Assembly (NCBI RefSeq): GCF_009914755.1
Contig: NC_060934.1
Direction: 5' to 3' (one strand)
DNA from: the human T2T-CHM13v2.0 reference genome, Homo sapiens
Length of the DNA: 64,000 nucleotides
In this document: positions 26,328 through 39,442 of the stretch, piece after piece
Position numbering within the stretch: position 1 is the first letter of the stretch
Layout of the letters: every line of letters begins with the position of its first letter
The notes under the pieces: model-generated
Told to the model about the DNA's origin: nothing
Database searches by the model: none
Seen by the model: only the letters and a program-made list of their open reading frames with translations
Program-made: the position numbers and the translations under genes

Positions 26328-27139
26328 CTCCCTTGCCTCCTCTGGAGTCTCCTCTGCCGTTTGTGGTGGTGCCTGTGGGTTGGTGGTTTTCCTTGGGGGG
26401 GCTCTTCATGCCCTCGGGTGTGGAAGTTCCCGTCCTCACTTCCTCCCTCCCCTCCGTTCCTTTGCTTGCCTGGGTGGTGGCCCCTGGGTCAGCGCTGCAG
26501 CAGCCTCGCCCTCTCCTTTCTGGGAATTTCCTGGGATTTCCTCCCAGCCCCTCCACAGGACGTTTCTCACTCCCACAGTTTAATTTTTTATTTCAGAGAG
26601 CTCCTTCTTTCTCTGACTTCTCTTTCCTGCTCACATCTTGGTTTTGGTTTGTGGTTCTAACATCATCCAACCCTCGTGCTCTTATGAAGGGTTTGGCTTC
26701 TGTGGGTTTTGTTTGCTTGGGGAAGGAGCTTCCTTTTGCCCCCTAAGCTCCTGTGTCTTCCATGCACCTTTTCTGTGTTTTGCCATCAGAGGCTGGACAC
26801 TGCTAAAGCCGGCACTCCCGGGGTGCCCCTCCCGGCCTCCTCAGGGCGTGGGGCCTGCAGCCTTGACTGACACTGTCACCCCATCACCAGCCTTTTGGGG
26901 GGTGGGAGGTGGAGGACTTTGATGTGTGTGGTCAGCCCTCCTCCCTTGCATATCATGGCTCTGTTAATATCATCGATTAAATTGCTGATTGAACTCAAAA
27001 TGTCATCCAGCCTCACCCACTGCCTCTTCACCAGCCCTTTACACAGAGGGGCCACTCCTGCTCCTGTCACTTTGTGTCGTCACCGTGGGATGTCCCAAGT
27101 CTTGTCTGGAGTCAGCAGCACCCGTTACCTTTATTTCCA

Positions 27140-27404
27140 TTTCTTTTTCCTTTTCTTGAGTCAGGGTCTTGCTCTGTGGCCCAGGCTGGAGTGTAGTGTC
27201 GCAATCTCAGCTCACTGCAGCCTCGACCTCCCACGCTCAAGTGATCCACCTGCCTCAGCCTCCTGAGTATAATTTTTTATGTTTTGTAGAGCTGGGGACT
27301 TGCTATGCTGCCCAGGCTGGTCTCGAGCTCCTGGACTCAAGTGTCCACCCACCTTGGCCTCCCAAACTGCTGGGGTTACAGGTGTGAGCCACCACGCCCG
27401 GCCT
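27140..27404 (-). mobile_element. Alu (AluJ-like) with an internal deletion
   Basis: cagggtcttgctctg...ctcactgcagcctcgacctccc; jumps from cctcctgagta to taattttt; ends gagccaccacgcccggcc. Confidence 0.88.
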
Positions 27405-29849
27405 CCATTTCCATGTCTTTTCTTTTTATTTCTTCCCAAATGCTTAGTGGAATTTAAAGTGGGATTTACCTTTCCCTAAGATATAGAGCTCTCTCAGCCC
27501 CAGGTGAACATAGTGATTTTAAATTACCTGGGGAAAGTGGAGGGAGCTGGGCCTTCTGTCCAGAGGGGCTGGACTCCCAGATTGTAGCCAGGGCTCCGCG
27601 CTTCCACCTGTGTCCTTACTGTGTTGAGCACCTCCAGGTGCCAAGGGGGCAGGGCGGGGGGACTCCACCCGAATTTGGCAGCTGCCCACCCCCCACTCAG
27701 CCTGGGTCTCAGGGCCCTCCCTGAGGGACACGGGTCTGGGGGCATCCAGTCCACCCTGAGGGACTTCTGGTGGCTGCTGCCCACACACACAGCCTCTGCC
27801 CAGATCTTTGCTCCTCATCCTGAAGGAACAATCCGGCTCTGTGTGTGTGGCCGGGGCCGGGGACCTGCTCGATTTTATGTGCAGGGAAACAGAGGTCTTC
27901 CAAAGTCACCTGCCCGCCGTGCCAGCTCACTTCCAGAGAAACGAACACACCACATTCACTTTCCGTCTTTCACGCTACACAGTGTAGTAAAGACACCCCC
28001 TAATGTACACGAGCTGGGGCTTCAAGGTCGTTCCTCCGCCCCAGGCTCCTGGTCTCCGTCTATGTGGGCAGGTGGGCGGCCAGCCTGGGTGGCAGGAGGA
28101 CCCCTCCCCAGCCTGACAGCCTGCGGTGCCCACCAAGCAGGAAATTAGGATTGGGAGCCAGGAGACACCCGGCAGTAACTTCCGGCAGGTTCACACCCGC
28201 CCCGCCCCAGTCGGGCCCAGTGCAGGGAGACTTGCACGGCCTCTTCGGAGACTCCCCATGCAACACCTTTGCACAGACAGCAGGTGGGCTCGGTAGCGGA
28301 TGGTTCTGGTGACTTCCAGACGAAAGAAAGCTCCACAGCTGGCACCAAACTGGCCGTTCCAGAGGCCCAGCAAGGCCACGGGTCAGGAGGGTGGGCAAGC
28401 AGGACCCCCGACGCCACCGCCTCAGGGAAACCCTCCCCATGAGCCCCAGGGATGGCTGCAGCTCCCAGTCTGCCCACCACTGGCCTCCCCGAGGGCCGAG
28501 GGCCGAGGGCTGGGCAGGGAGCCTCGCTGGGGAGCCCACAGGCGCCGAGAGAGTGCAGCTGATCCGGCTTACCCTGCAGCCCAGACCAGCCTGCTGCAGG
28601 CTGGGGAGGGCCTGCCCCTTCACTGAGGGTGGGACCACCTGTGGCCGGCTGGCCGGGTCTGCAACACAGGCCAAGGTCCTCGACCTCTGGGCACACTGAC
28701 AGGGTGGTCCATGGCCGATCGAGTCACACCGCCTGCCTCTTGCCGGGCACGCCATGTGTGGCCCTGTCCCTGGGACTCCCAGCACAAAGCTGAGCCTGCC
28801 GCCCCCTCTCAGCTGCCCCTAATGACCCCCAGTTGCCAGCCAGGTCAATCTCAAGCCCCCCAGCCAGCACCCCAGGCCTCCACGGTTGGGTCAGGCCTTT
28901 CCCCTCCTCAAGTCTCATGACACCAGCCTCCCCGGTCAGTCCTGTGCCCTCCCGGCGGGGGCCACCCATAGGCACCCACGCTTCCTTCCTCTGTGCCCTC
29001 CTAAGCCAGGTGAGGGCCCTGCAGGTGCTCCAGGCTCCACACTCGTCTCCAGGCTCAGGCCCCTTGACCAGCCGCCCTGCCCGGCGTGCAGTGAGTGCAC
29101 AGGTGATGTTCTGTGTTGGGGCAGCTGCGTGCTCCGTGCACAGGGGAAGACAAAGGCTCTCAGAAACAAAGCCCACGTCAGAGTCCAGTCTCACAGCTGA
29201 ACCCCATTAAGAGCTCAATCATCTCTAAAGGTTAAATATGCTGCTGCTTAAAAAATATTCTTATTTAGCTGTTTAGATTTAGGGCACCAACAAAAGTTCT
29301 GTCCAAGAATGTTCTGTGGCTCGAGGTGGGCCACGCTCCCCTTCATGCTGAATCCTGAATCCGAGGCCTCCACCGTGACCCTCGCCTCCACCCGGGTGCC
29401 GGCTGCAGAGACGGGGTTTCCTGCTGAAAGTCGAATGGCCCGCCACCTGGCCTCACCCCCTCCTCACAGACAGCAAGGTGGCCCCACTGGCCAGAACGGC
29501 CTATGGGCGGCTTGGCAGGGCCACTGAGCCTCTCTCTGCCTCACGCTGTTTCTCTTCCAGCTTCCAGGCACCCATCCTCATCCAGGAGCCCATTTGGAGG
29601 GGTGGGCCAGACCCTGATTTGGGGAGGGTTTTCCCACAGCCGTGGCTGCTGGGCTGGACTCAGCAGCAGCAGAGCTGCACCTTCGGCGTGCAGGTGGCTG
29701 GGGCTTCACACTTCCCGTTTTTAGCCACCTGGCCCACAGGCAGAAGCGTCAGACCTGGGCCTGCCCAGGGTCACCCTGGAGTGTCACATGAATGGGTCCC
29801 GTGTCGCAGGCCCTCCTGGGGGTGGAACCCCTCCCCGTGGCGGCCCCTT

Positions 29850-30890
29850 TTCCATTGCTGTGTGGCACTCCCCATGTGCGTACGCCCCAAAGCATTCATT
29901 CCAACACTGAGCATTCAGGTCACTTCCAAATGTTGGCTTTTAGGAAAAATACTGATAAGAACATTCATGTCCCTTTCCTTAGCAGACATACGTACTCATT
30001 TTTCTTGGGTGATTTCCCAGGATTAGAATTCGGGTCATGGGATATACATAGCTTAGCACCAGTAGACACCACCAAACGCTGTTTTCCAAAATGGGTGTCC
30101 CAGCACACACCGCATGAAAATAGCCAGTTCCGGGGGCTCCGCACCCGCGTAGGGGGCGCGTCGGTCCTTTCCATTTTAGCTGCGTGGGGGAGGGTGTTGG
30201 CGGCACCATTGTGCTTTCATTCCACGTTTCCTCAGTGATTCAACACGTTAAGTAACGTGTCACGTGCCTGCTGGCCACCGCCGTCCGCTCCTGGGAAGAA
30301 CCTGTTGACTCAGCTGCCGTTTTACCTGGATCATCCGTCATCTTTCTCTCGAGATAGAGTTCTCCAGGCTTTCTGGACCCGGACACACATGGCAACACGC
30401 CCTGCAGACAACCTTTCCCAAAGCCACGGCTTACTTTGTAACTCATCATGGTGCCTTTTAATAATCAAAAATTCCTAATTTTAATGAAGTCCAATATTCC
30501 TGATGTTTCTTTACAAACAGTTCTTTTTATGCCTTCTTTTTAAAAATCTTTGTCTTTGCGAGTCCTCAAAGATGAGTCGTCTCTCGGTTTCCCCAGAAGC
30601 TTCTCTCTTGTCTTTCCCATTAGATCTGCAAGCGCCTCAGGCCAGTGCCAGGGTGGTGTGGAGTGGGGCTCAGCCCTTTTTCCATGGGACTCGGCGTGGG
30701 TCCAGGGCCCTGGGTTGCGGGCCCCTCCCTCCCCAATCCCACTGTGTGTGCGGGTCAATTCCCGGCCGTTTCCTGTCCATTTCGTCAGCAGCACGTATCT
30801 CAGTTCCTGCTGCGTTAGAGGAAGTCTCGGTGTTTGCAAGTAGAAGGCGCCTCTCATCCTCTTTCTAAGGTCGTCTTGGAAGCAAGCGGG
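29850..30890 (-). mobile_element. Old L1 (L1M-type) 3' fragment, highly diverged
   Basis: Motifs of reverse L1M 3' ends: gaacattcatg, tttcttgggt, gttttccaaaatgg, ttccattttagc, aattttaatgaagtccaat. Boundaries approximate. Confidence 0.6.
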
Positions 30891-30914
30891 GTCCCACCTC
30901 CAACCTGGGGTGTT

Positions 30915-33005
30915 CGCCCTCGAGAAGGCGGCGTTCCGCTGGGCGAACACACACACACACTCGAGAAGGCAGCATTCCGCTGGGTGAACACACACACCCA
31001 CTCAAGAAGGTGACGTTCCGCTGGGCGAACACATACGCCCACTGGAGAAGGTGGCGCTCCGCGGGGCGAACACACACACCCACTCGAGAAGGCGACATTC
31101 CGCTGGGCAAACACACACACCCACTCGAGAAGGCGGCGTTCCGCTGGGCGAACACACACACACACTCGAGAAGGTGGCACTCCAGCTGGGCGAACACACA
31201 CACACACTTGAGAAGGCAGCACTCCAGCTGGGCGAACAAACACACACACTCGAGAAGGCGGCACTCCAGCTGGGCAAACACACACACACTGGAGAAGGTG
31301 GCACTCCAGCTGGGCGAACACACACACCCACTCGAGAAGGCGACATTCCGCTGGGCAAACACACACATCCACTCGAGAAGGCGACGTTCCGCTGGGCGAA
31401 CACACACACCCACTCGAGAAGGCGGCACTCCAGCTGGGCGAACACACACACCCACTCGAGAAGGCGACGTTCCGCTGGGCAAACACACACATCCACTCGA
31501 GAAGGCGACATTCCGCTGGGCGAACACACACACCCACTCGAGAAGGCGGCGTTCTGCTGGGCGAACACACACACACACTCGAGAAGGCGGCACTCCAGCT
31601 GGGCGAACACACACACCCACTCGAGAAGGCAGCGTTCTGCTGGGCGAACACACACACACACTCGAGAAGGTGGCACTCCAGCTGGGCGAACACACACATC
31701 CACTCGAGAAGGCGGCGTTCTGCTGGGCGAACACACACACACACTCGAGAAGGCGGCGTTCTGCTGGGCGAACACACACACACACTCGAGAAGGTGGCAC
31801 ACCAGCTGGGCGAACACACACACCCACTCGAGAAGGCGACGTTCCGCTGGGCAAACACACACATCCACTCGAGAAGGCGACATTCCGCTGGGCGAACACA
31901 CACACCCACTCGAGAAGGCGGCGTTCTGCTGGGCGAACACACACACACACTCGAGAAGGCGGCACTCCAGCTGGGCGAACACACACACCCACTCGAGAAG
32001 GCAGCGTTCTGCTGGGCGAACACACACACACACTCGAGAAGGTGGCACTCCAGCTGGGCGAACACACACACCCACTCGAGAAGGCGGCGTTCTGCTGGGT
32101 GAACACACACACACACTCGAGAAGGCGGCGTTCTGCTGGGCGAACACACACACACACTCGAGAAGGCGGCACACCAGCTGGGCGAACACACACACCCACT
32201 CGAGAAGGCGACGTTCCGCTGGGCGAACACACACACCCACTCGAGAAGGCGGCACTCCAGCTGGGCGAACACACACACCCACTCGAGAAGGCGACGTTCC
32301 GCTGGGCAAACACACACATCCACTCGAGAAGGCGACGTTCCGCTGGGCGAACACACACACCCACTCGAGAAGGCGGCGTTCTGCTGGGCGAACACACACA
32401 CACACTCGAGAAGGCGGCACTCCAGCTGGGCGAACACACACACCCACTCGAGAAGGCGGCGTTCTGCTGGGCGAACACACACACACACTCGAGAAGGTGG
32501 CACTCCAGCTGGGCGAACACACACACCCACTCGAGAAGGCGGCGTTCTGCTGGGCGAACACGCACACACACTCGAGAAGGCGGCGTTCTGCTGGACGAAC
32601 ACACACACACACTCGAGAAGGTGGCACACCAGCTGGGCGAACACACACACCCACTTGAGAAGGCGACGTTCCGCTGGGTGAACACACACACCCACTCAAG
32701 AAGGCGATGTTCCACTGGGCGAACACACACACACTGGAGAAGGTGGCACTCCAGCTGGGCGAACACACACACACACTCGAGAAGGCGGCGTTCTGCTGGG
32801 TGAACACACACACCCACTCTAGAAGGTGGCGTTCCGCTGGGTGAACACACACATCCACTCGAGAAGGCGGCGTTCTGCTGGGTGAACACACACACCCACT
32901 CTAGAAGGTGGCGTTCCGCTGGGTGAACACACACATGCGCTCGAGAAGGTGGCGTTCCGCTGGGTGAACACACACACGCACTTGAGAAGGTGGCATTCCG
33001 CTGTG
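30915..33005. repeat. CpG-rich VNTR, 41-bp unit, ~50 copies
   Basis: Unit ctcgagaaggcggcgttccgctgggcgaacacacacaccca; CTCGAG at 31083 and 31124 gives the period. Confidence 0.97.
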
Positions 33006-33267
33006 TGCAGGGTCCAGCGTGTGTCAAGTAGGTCAAGATGGTAGGTCAAGCTGCTTAGTGTCTAGGTTCTTAGTGATTTTCTTTCTGTTGTTACATTGTG
33101 TACCCAGCCCCACTTGCCTTTTCAACCTGTCTCCTGCCAATCTGTACCCTGACTCCCAGGCTTCAGGGACCCTCCCCTCCTCGGGCTGGCCACTCCTCTG
33201 CTCTTCCCCCTCCCAGCTGCAGCTCTGTATGTTTCCCCTGTCCACAGGGAGAGGGTCCTTGTAAAAG

Positions 33268-34822
33268 GGTGGGTGGGCAGGTGGGTAGATGGGAAATGGA
33301 GACATATGGGTGGGTGGGGGATGGATAGATGGGTGGGTGGGTGGGTGGGTGGATGTATGGATGGATGGATGATGGATGGATGGAGGGTGGATGAATGGAT
33401 GGATGGATGGATGGATGGATGGTGGATGGATGGTGGATGGATGGTGGATGGGTGGAGGGGTAGGTGGGGGATGGATGGAGGATGGATGGATGAGTGGGTG
33501 GATGGGTGGATGGATGGATGGTGGATGGATGGTGGATGGGTGGGTGGATTGTGGATGGGTGGATGGATTGATGATGGATGGATAGATGGAGGGTGGATGG
33601 GTGGATGGGTGGATGGATGAGTTGGTGGATGGGTGGATGGATGGTGAATGGGTGGAGGGGTAGGTGGGGGATGGATGGAGGATGGATGGATGAGTGAGTG
33701 GATGGGTGGGTGGATGGGTGGATGGAGGGATGGATAGATGGTGGATGGATGGAGGGTGGACGGGTGGATGGATGAGAGGGTGGATGGATGGATGGATGGA
33801 TGGGTGGATGGATGGATGGATGGATGGATGAGTGGGTGGATGAGTGGGTGGATGGGTGGGTGGATGGATGGATGGATGGATGAGTGGGTGGATGAGTGGG
33901 TGGATGGGTGGGTGGATGGATGGATGGATGGATGAGTGGGTGGATGAGTGGGTGGATGGGGGAGGGTGGATGGGTGGATAGATGGTGGATGGATGGAGGG
34001 TGGATGGGTGGATGGATGAGTGGGTGGATGGGTGGATGGTGGATGGGTGGAGGGTGGATGGGTGGATGAATGAGTGGGTGGATGGGTGGAGGGTGGAGGG
34101 GAGGAGGGGTGGAGGGGTAGGTGGGGAATGGATGGATGGATGGATGTTGGATGAATGAGTGGGTGGATGGGTGGATGGATGGATGGTGGATGGGGGAGGG
34201 TGGATGGGTGGATGGATGGGTGGGTGGATGGGGGAGGATGGATGGATGGATGGTTGGTGGATGGATGGATGGATGTTGGATGAATGAGTGGGTGGATGGG
34301 TGGATGGTGGATGGTGGATGGTGGATGGGTGGATGGATGGGTGGATGGGTGGATGGTGGATGGGGGAGGGTGGATGGGTGGATGGTTGGTGGATGGATGG
34401 ATGGATGTTGGATGAATGAGTGGGTGGATGGGTGGATGGGTGGATGGTGGATGGTGGATGGTGGATGGGTGGATGGATGGGTGGATGGGTGGATGGTGGA
34501 TGGGGGAGGGTGGATGGGTGGATGGTTGGTGGATGGATGGATGGATGTTGGATGAATGAGTGGGTGGATGGGTGGATGGGTGGATGGTGGATGGTGGATG
34601 GGTGGAGGGTGGATGGGTGGAGAGGTGGAGGGGTGGAGGGGTGGAGGGGTAGGTGGGGGATGGATGGATGAGTGGGTGGATGGGTGGATGGGTGGATGGT
34701 GGATGGTGGATGGGTGGAGGGTGGATGGGTGGAGAGGTGGAGGGGTGGAGGGGTGGAGGGGTAGGTGGGGGATGGATGGATGAGTGGGTGGATGGGTGGG
34801 TGCAGGGATAGGTGGGTGGTGG
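33268..34822. repeat. (GGAT)n/(GGGT)n compound microsatellite, ~1.55 kb
   Basis: Directly visible. Confidence 0.97.
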
Positions 34823-37379
34823 TTGGCAGGCATGGACAAGAAGAGGAAGAACGAACAAACAGATGGCTGGAGAATGGACAGGGCAACAGAGGGAAAGGAA
34901 CACAGGATGGTTTCACCTTCAAAAAAAGAGGAAGGCTGGTTCCAAGGAGCAGCGGTCCAGCCTTAAGCATTTATTTTTCCCCGGAATTCATTATGCCTGT
35001 GAATACTGACACACGGGGCGGACATTTACGGATCCACATCATAAAGAAGTTGTTCTATAGAAATTCCAAAACTGGATGAAATATTAGGAACAAAATCATG
35101 TTTTAAGCTCCCCGCAAAGAAACATTAGCTGATAAGTAACAAAGAAGCAGAGGAGCTGGAGGAGGGTTTTCCGTTCCCTCCTCCTGGATCAGAGCTCAGG
35201 CCGGACTCTAGAGGGGGGGACTCCGCGGCAGCAGCTGGGCTCAGAAGACCGCACTGTGCAGGCGCAGACGCTGGGTTCAGACGCCAGAGCAGCTCGCTTC
35301 ATGGAAACCACTGAGAAAGGGAGGAGAAAACTGTGAGAACAAATGTTTTCTCAGTAACTTTCTCTTAAATGAGGTTAAGTATCATAAATATACAAATTAG
35401 GTTAACAAAACAAATGTGTTTGGGACTTCCTCAACTACTTTGTGAAAATTATTCTGGTTTTATGTAAAGAAATGAAAGGTTTAGTGCTGTTTCTAAAAAT
35501 GGCCATTACTGAATAAGGATGCAAAAGGCAGTGACAGAACAGTCCCGAAATGCCTGCGGTTCCCAGAGCCTGCAGGAGCCGGTCAGCGTGGGTGTGTGTG
35601 AAAGACAGACACACACAGACAGGCAGACGCATGGACACATGGGCACGCGGATACACAGCGGGAGGCTTTGCCCCACACTTCAGGGTGCTGTGGCCTGGTG
35701 CGGGCCAGGGGGTGGGGACTGGGCCGCTTCTCCCCGTCCTAGCTTGGGATGTGCTGCAGTGGGACCACCTGGGAGATGCTGGACCTTCCTCCTGGGACAG
35801 TGAAGAGCAGAGCTGTGAGCCCCTGCCTGCCTGCCCCACCCCCATCCCCAGCACTGTGCTGGCCACAGCAGCAGACACGTGTCATGTGTGCTAGAAAGCC
35901 TGCTCCCGGAGCCCCCTGCTCCCACCCCCAGCCGCCTTCACTCATCAAGTGCTGGCCATGACCCTGGGCCAGGCTCGCTCAGGGACAGATGGTTGGGTGG
36001 AGGGAGGCAGCGGCATCAAGCCATTGGGGCAGAGGCCAGGGGCACCCTGGTCTCCTGCACAGCCTGGCAGGTGGACACTGGACCTTCTTGGCCTTCACAA
36101 AATGGCTCCACTTGGCCCCACGACGCTGGCTGCACCTCACACCTTGGCTGGCTGTGGGTTTGCTCTGCAATGGGAGGGCTGTGCGGCTTCTTAGCCCATT
36201 GGCTGAAAGCTGGGAGAGGTTCCAGAATGTTCTGCACCAAGGGGCAGGGCACCTGTACCTGGGCAAGTATCCAGTCCAAGCATCCATGGTCACACAGACG
36301 AGAGGCCCCGCCCTCCCCTGGCCACAGCATGGCGCAGCAGAAGCCCTGAGAACTCGGCTGAGAGTGAGCCGGCGCTGGGGTGCACGAAGGGGTCTCTTTG
36401 CTCCGTGGGTTGTCAGCTCTCTGTGTCCTGGGAACAGCCACCCAGGGGTCTGCCCCACATCACCCGAAGGTGGCTGGCAAGTGCTGACCCTGTTCAGATC
36501 ACGCTGGTGTGAGGTCCCCGTTGGCTGCCACCAGGACTGGCCCTGAGATGAGGGTTGGCCCCGCCATCTGCCCGGGCTCCCGGCACACCCGGTGCTCTGG
36601 GCAGCTCCAGTGCTCAGAGAAGCCTCCCCCTGGGTGTGTGGGGGCCAAATCCCGGCCTGTGGCCCCAACTGTGCAGCTGAGCCTGGGCCCTGAGTCCCAA
36701 ATCTGCCATTTCCCTGAGTTCTCTGCAGCCCCTGGGGCTGTCATCACTTTATTCTTTTAATTAACTCTGCAATTACAGCCTCCTGTCTCTCATGCAGAAG
36801 CAGATTCGGGCTCTGTGGGGAGACAGGAGAGAGCTCCTCTCTGTGGATGCCGCCTCTCAAACAGCACCTGCGGCCGGCGTGGCTGGGTTTTAATTATTGC
36901 AAAACCCTTTGGTGGCTTTTCATCTGTTTCAGACCAAAACCAATAAACACATTCACTTATGTCTTGAGTGAGGCCGGCCCCAAGGGCTCCGTGTGGTCAT
37001 GGCGCACAAGGACCTTTGGAGAAACCTCATCGTGCCCTTCGCTGGCCCAACCCCCGCGGATCGGCCGCCCCGGGCCTGGTTCCAGCTCCTGCCAGCTGCT
37101 GTGGGAGGCCTCAGACCCTGGGACCCACAGCTGGGAAGCTGGCGGGGAGGCCGAGGGGCCGTCAGCAGGTCTCAGGCAGGCCTCTGGGGTGCTCACACCA
37201 ACCCTGTCCCATGAGTGACCTCAATGGAGCGAAGGAAGGGGTGGGAAGGCGGCCGACGTTTTTCTAGAAGCACTGGGAGATGTACTTGGCGTTCTGTTGT
37301 GTTTACAGAGGATGTCCATGTTTTCCTGGAGCAGTGTGAGGAACCTCGCCCGCCTCTGCCCAGGGCAGGCGTGGGAGGG

Positions 37380-37946
37380 CAGGGGGCCGTAGTGTGCAGA
37401 GCCAGGGGGCCCTGGGGTGCAGAGTCAAGGGGCCGTAGGGTGCAGAGTCAGGGGGCCGTAGGGTGCAGAGTCGGGGGCGTAGGGTGCAGAGTTAGGGGGC
37501 TGTAAGGTGCAGAGTCAGGGGGCCATAGGGTGCAGAGTCAGGGGGCATAGGGTGCAGAGTCAGGGGCCCTGGGGTGCAGAGTCGGGGGCGCAGGGTGCAG
37601 AGTCAGGGGGCATAGGGTGAAGAGTCAGGGGGCCCTGGGGTGCAGAGTCGGGGGCGCAGGGTGCAGAGTCAGGGGGCCATACTGCAGAGTCAGGGACCGT
37701 AGGGTGCAGAGACTGGGGGCCATAGGGTGCAGAGTCAGGGGGCCCGGGGGTGCAGAGTCAGGGGGCGTAGGGTGCAGAGTCAGGGGGCCCTGGGGTGCAG
37801 TCAGGGGGCATAGGGTGCAGAGTCAGGGGGCCACAGGGTGCAGAGTCAGGGGGCCCTGGGGTGCAGAGTCAGGGGGCCATGGGGTACAGAGTCGGGGGGA
37901 CCTGGGTTGCAGAGTCGGGGGGCCCTGGGTTGCAGAGTCAGGGGGC
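37380..37946. repeat. G-rich VNTR, ~21-23-bp unit GGGTGCAGAGTCAGGGGGCC(ATA/CTG)
   Basis: Directly visible; ~25 units. Confidence 0.95.
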
Positions 37947-37976
37947 AGAGGTGAAGCCACGCCCTGGGATGTTTGA

Positions 37977-38364
<388 letters not shown>

Positions 38365-39227
38365 AGAAGCTCTGTTCTGACCTCATTTCTCTCTCTATCT
38401 CTGCCCGCTGGCCTTTGAGGCTCGGAGGAGCTGGCCCTGAGGCCCTCACCACTCACTGACTCGCTGGCGTTCCTCGTCACTCTGCCCTGGGCCCTTCCCA
38501 CGACTTCTCTCCTCTCCTCTTGGTTCCTATTCATCTTTCAAAGCCGCCTCCTCCAGGACACCCTGCCTGCTTGCTCCTCCCTTCCTTTGCCTCAGGCGAG
38601 TGCCTGTCCCTGGTGACTTGAGCCACAGCTATTTCTGTGCCTGTCTCTCCTCTGGGGCCGCCCACCCGGCTCACATCCTCCGTGGGACTTCGCCCATCCG
38701 CACAGGCCAGTCACCTAGTCACCTATTAGGAGGCCCAAGGAGCAATTTCAGAGATCAACTCCTCCATTGTTCTGCAATCTCGGATCTGAGTGAAGACACC
38801 CCAGCCTCTAAGGGGGGCGCAGTGGACCCAGGAAGGGGCACCTGCCCGGCAGATGCGAGGCCACGGGAACCACTCGCGGCTGAAATCCAGATGTGCTTCT
38901 CTGGGCAACGTCCATCACCACCAGGCACAGATGGCGCACGGTGCACACTGCCGAGGGGGCCGGACACCACAGTCACCAGACAGCCGGGGCCCAACCGCTG
39001 GGGGCCACACCCGGGGCAGATGGACGTACCGGCCCATCGAGGCCCTCATCAACGTCAGCTTTCCCGGAGCAAAGGTGCTGCTGGGATCTGTGGCAGCTTC
39101 CCCCAGGACCCAAGCCCCAAAGCCTGCGTGCAGAGGCCCTTCCGAGGTGAACTCACACCAAGAAGCCTCGCAGCCAGGGAGGAGAGAGCACAGGAGCTGG
39201 GGGGCTTCCAGCACAGAGCTGAACCCT

Positions 39228-39442
39228 GTCCCTCCTGCTCTCCCTCCCTCTCTCCCTCCCTCCCTTTCTCTCTGCCTCCCTCCCTTTCTCTCTGCCTCCC
39301 TCCCTTTCTCTCTCCCTCCCTCCTTTTCTCTCTTCCTCCCTCCCTCTCCCTCCCTCTCTCCCTCTCCCTCCCTCTCTCCCTCTCTCCCTCCTTCCCTCTC
39401 TCCCTTCTTCCCTCCCTCCCTCCCTCCCTTTCTCCCCTCCTC
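39228..39442. repeat. CT-rich homopyrimidine tract
   Basis: (CCCT/CT)n over ~200 bp. Confidence 0.93.

Noticed and set aside
30854-34970. 500-720-aa ORFs (CVCVFAQ and HPSIHP repeats)
   Set aside because: Translations of the 41-bp VNTR and the (GGAT)n tract.
38853-39146. ATG-initiated segment MRGHGNHSRL...GPSE ending at gag|gtgaac, which I recall as the start of a legacy long GPR123 gene prediction
   Set aside because: No signal peptide, domain or CpG-island promoter, and the recollection is unverified; probably an ab initio artefact.
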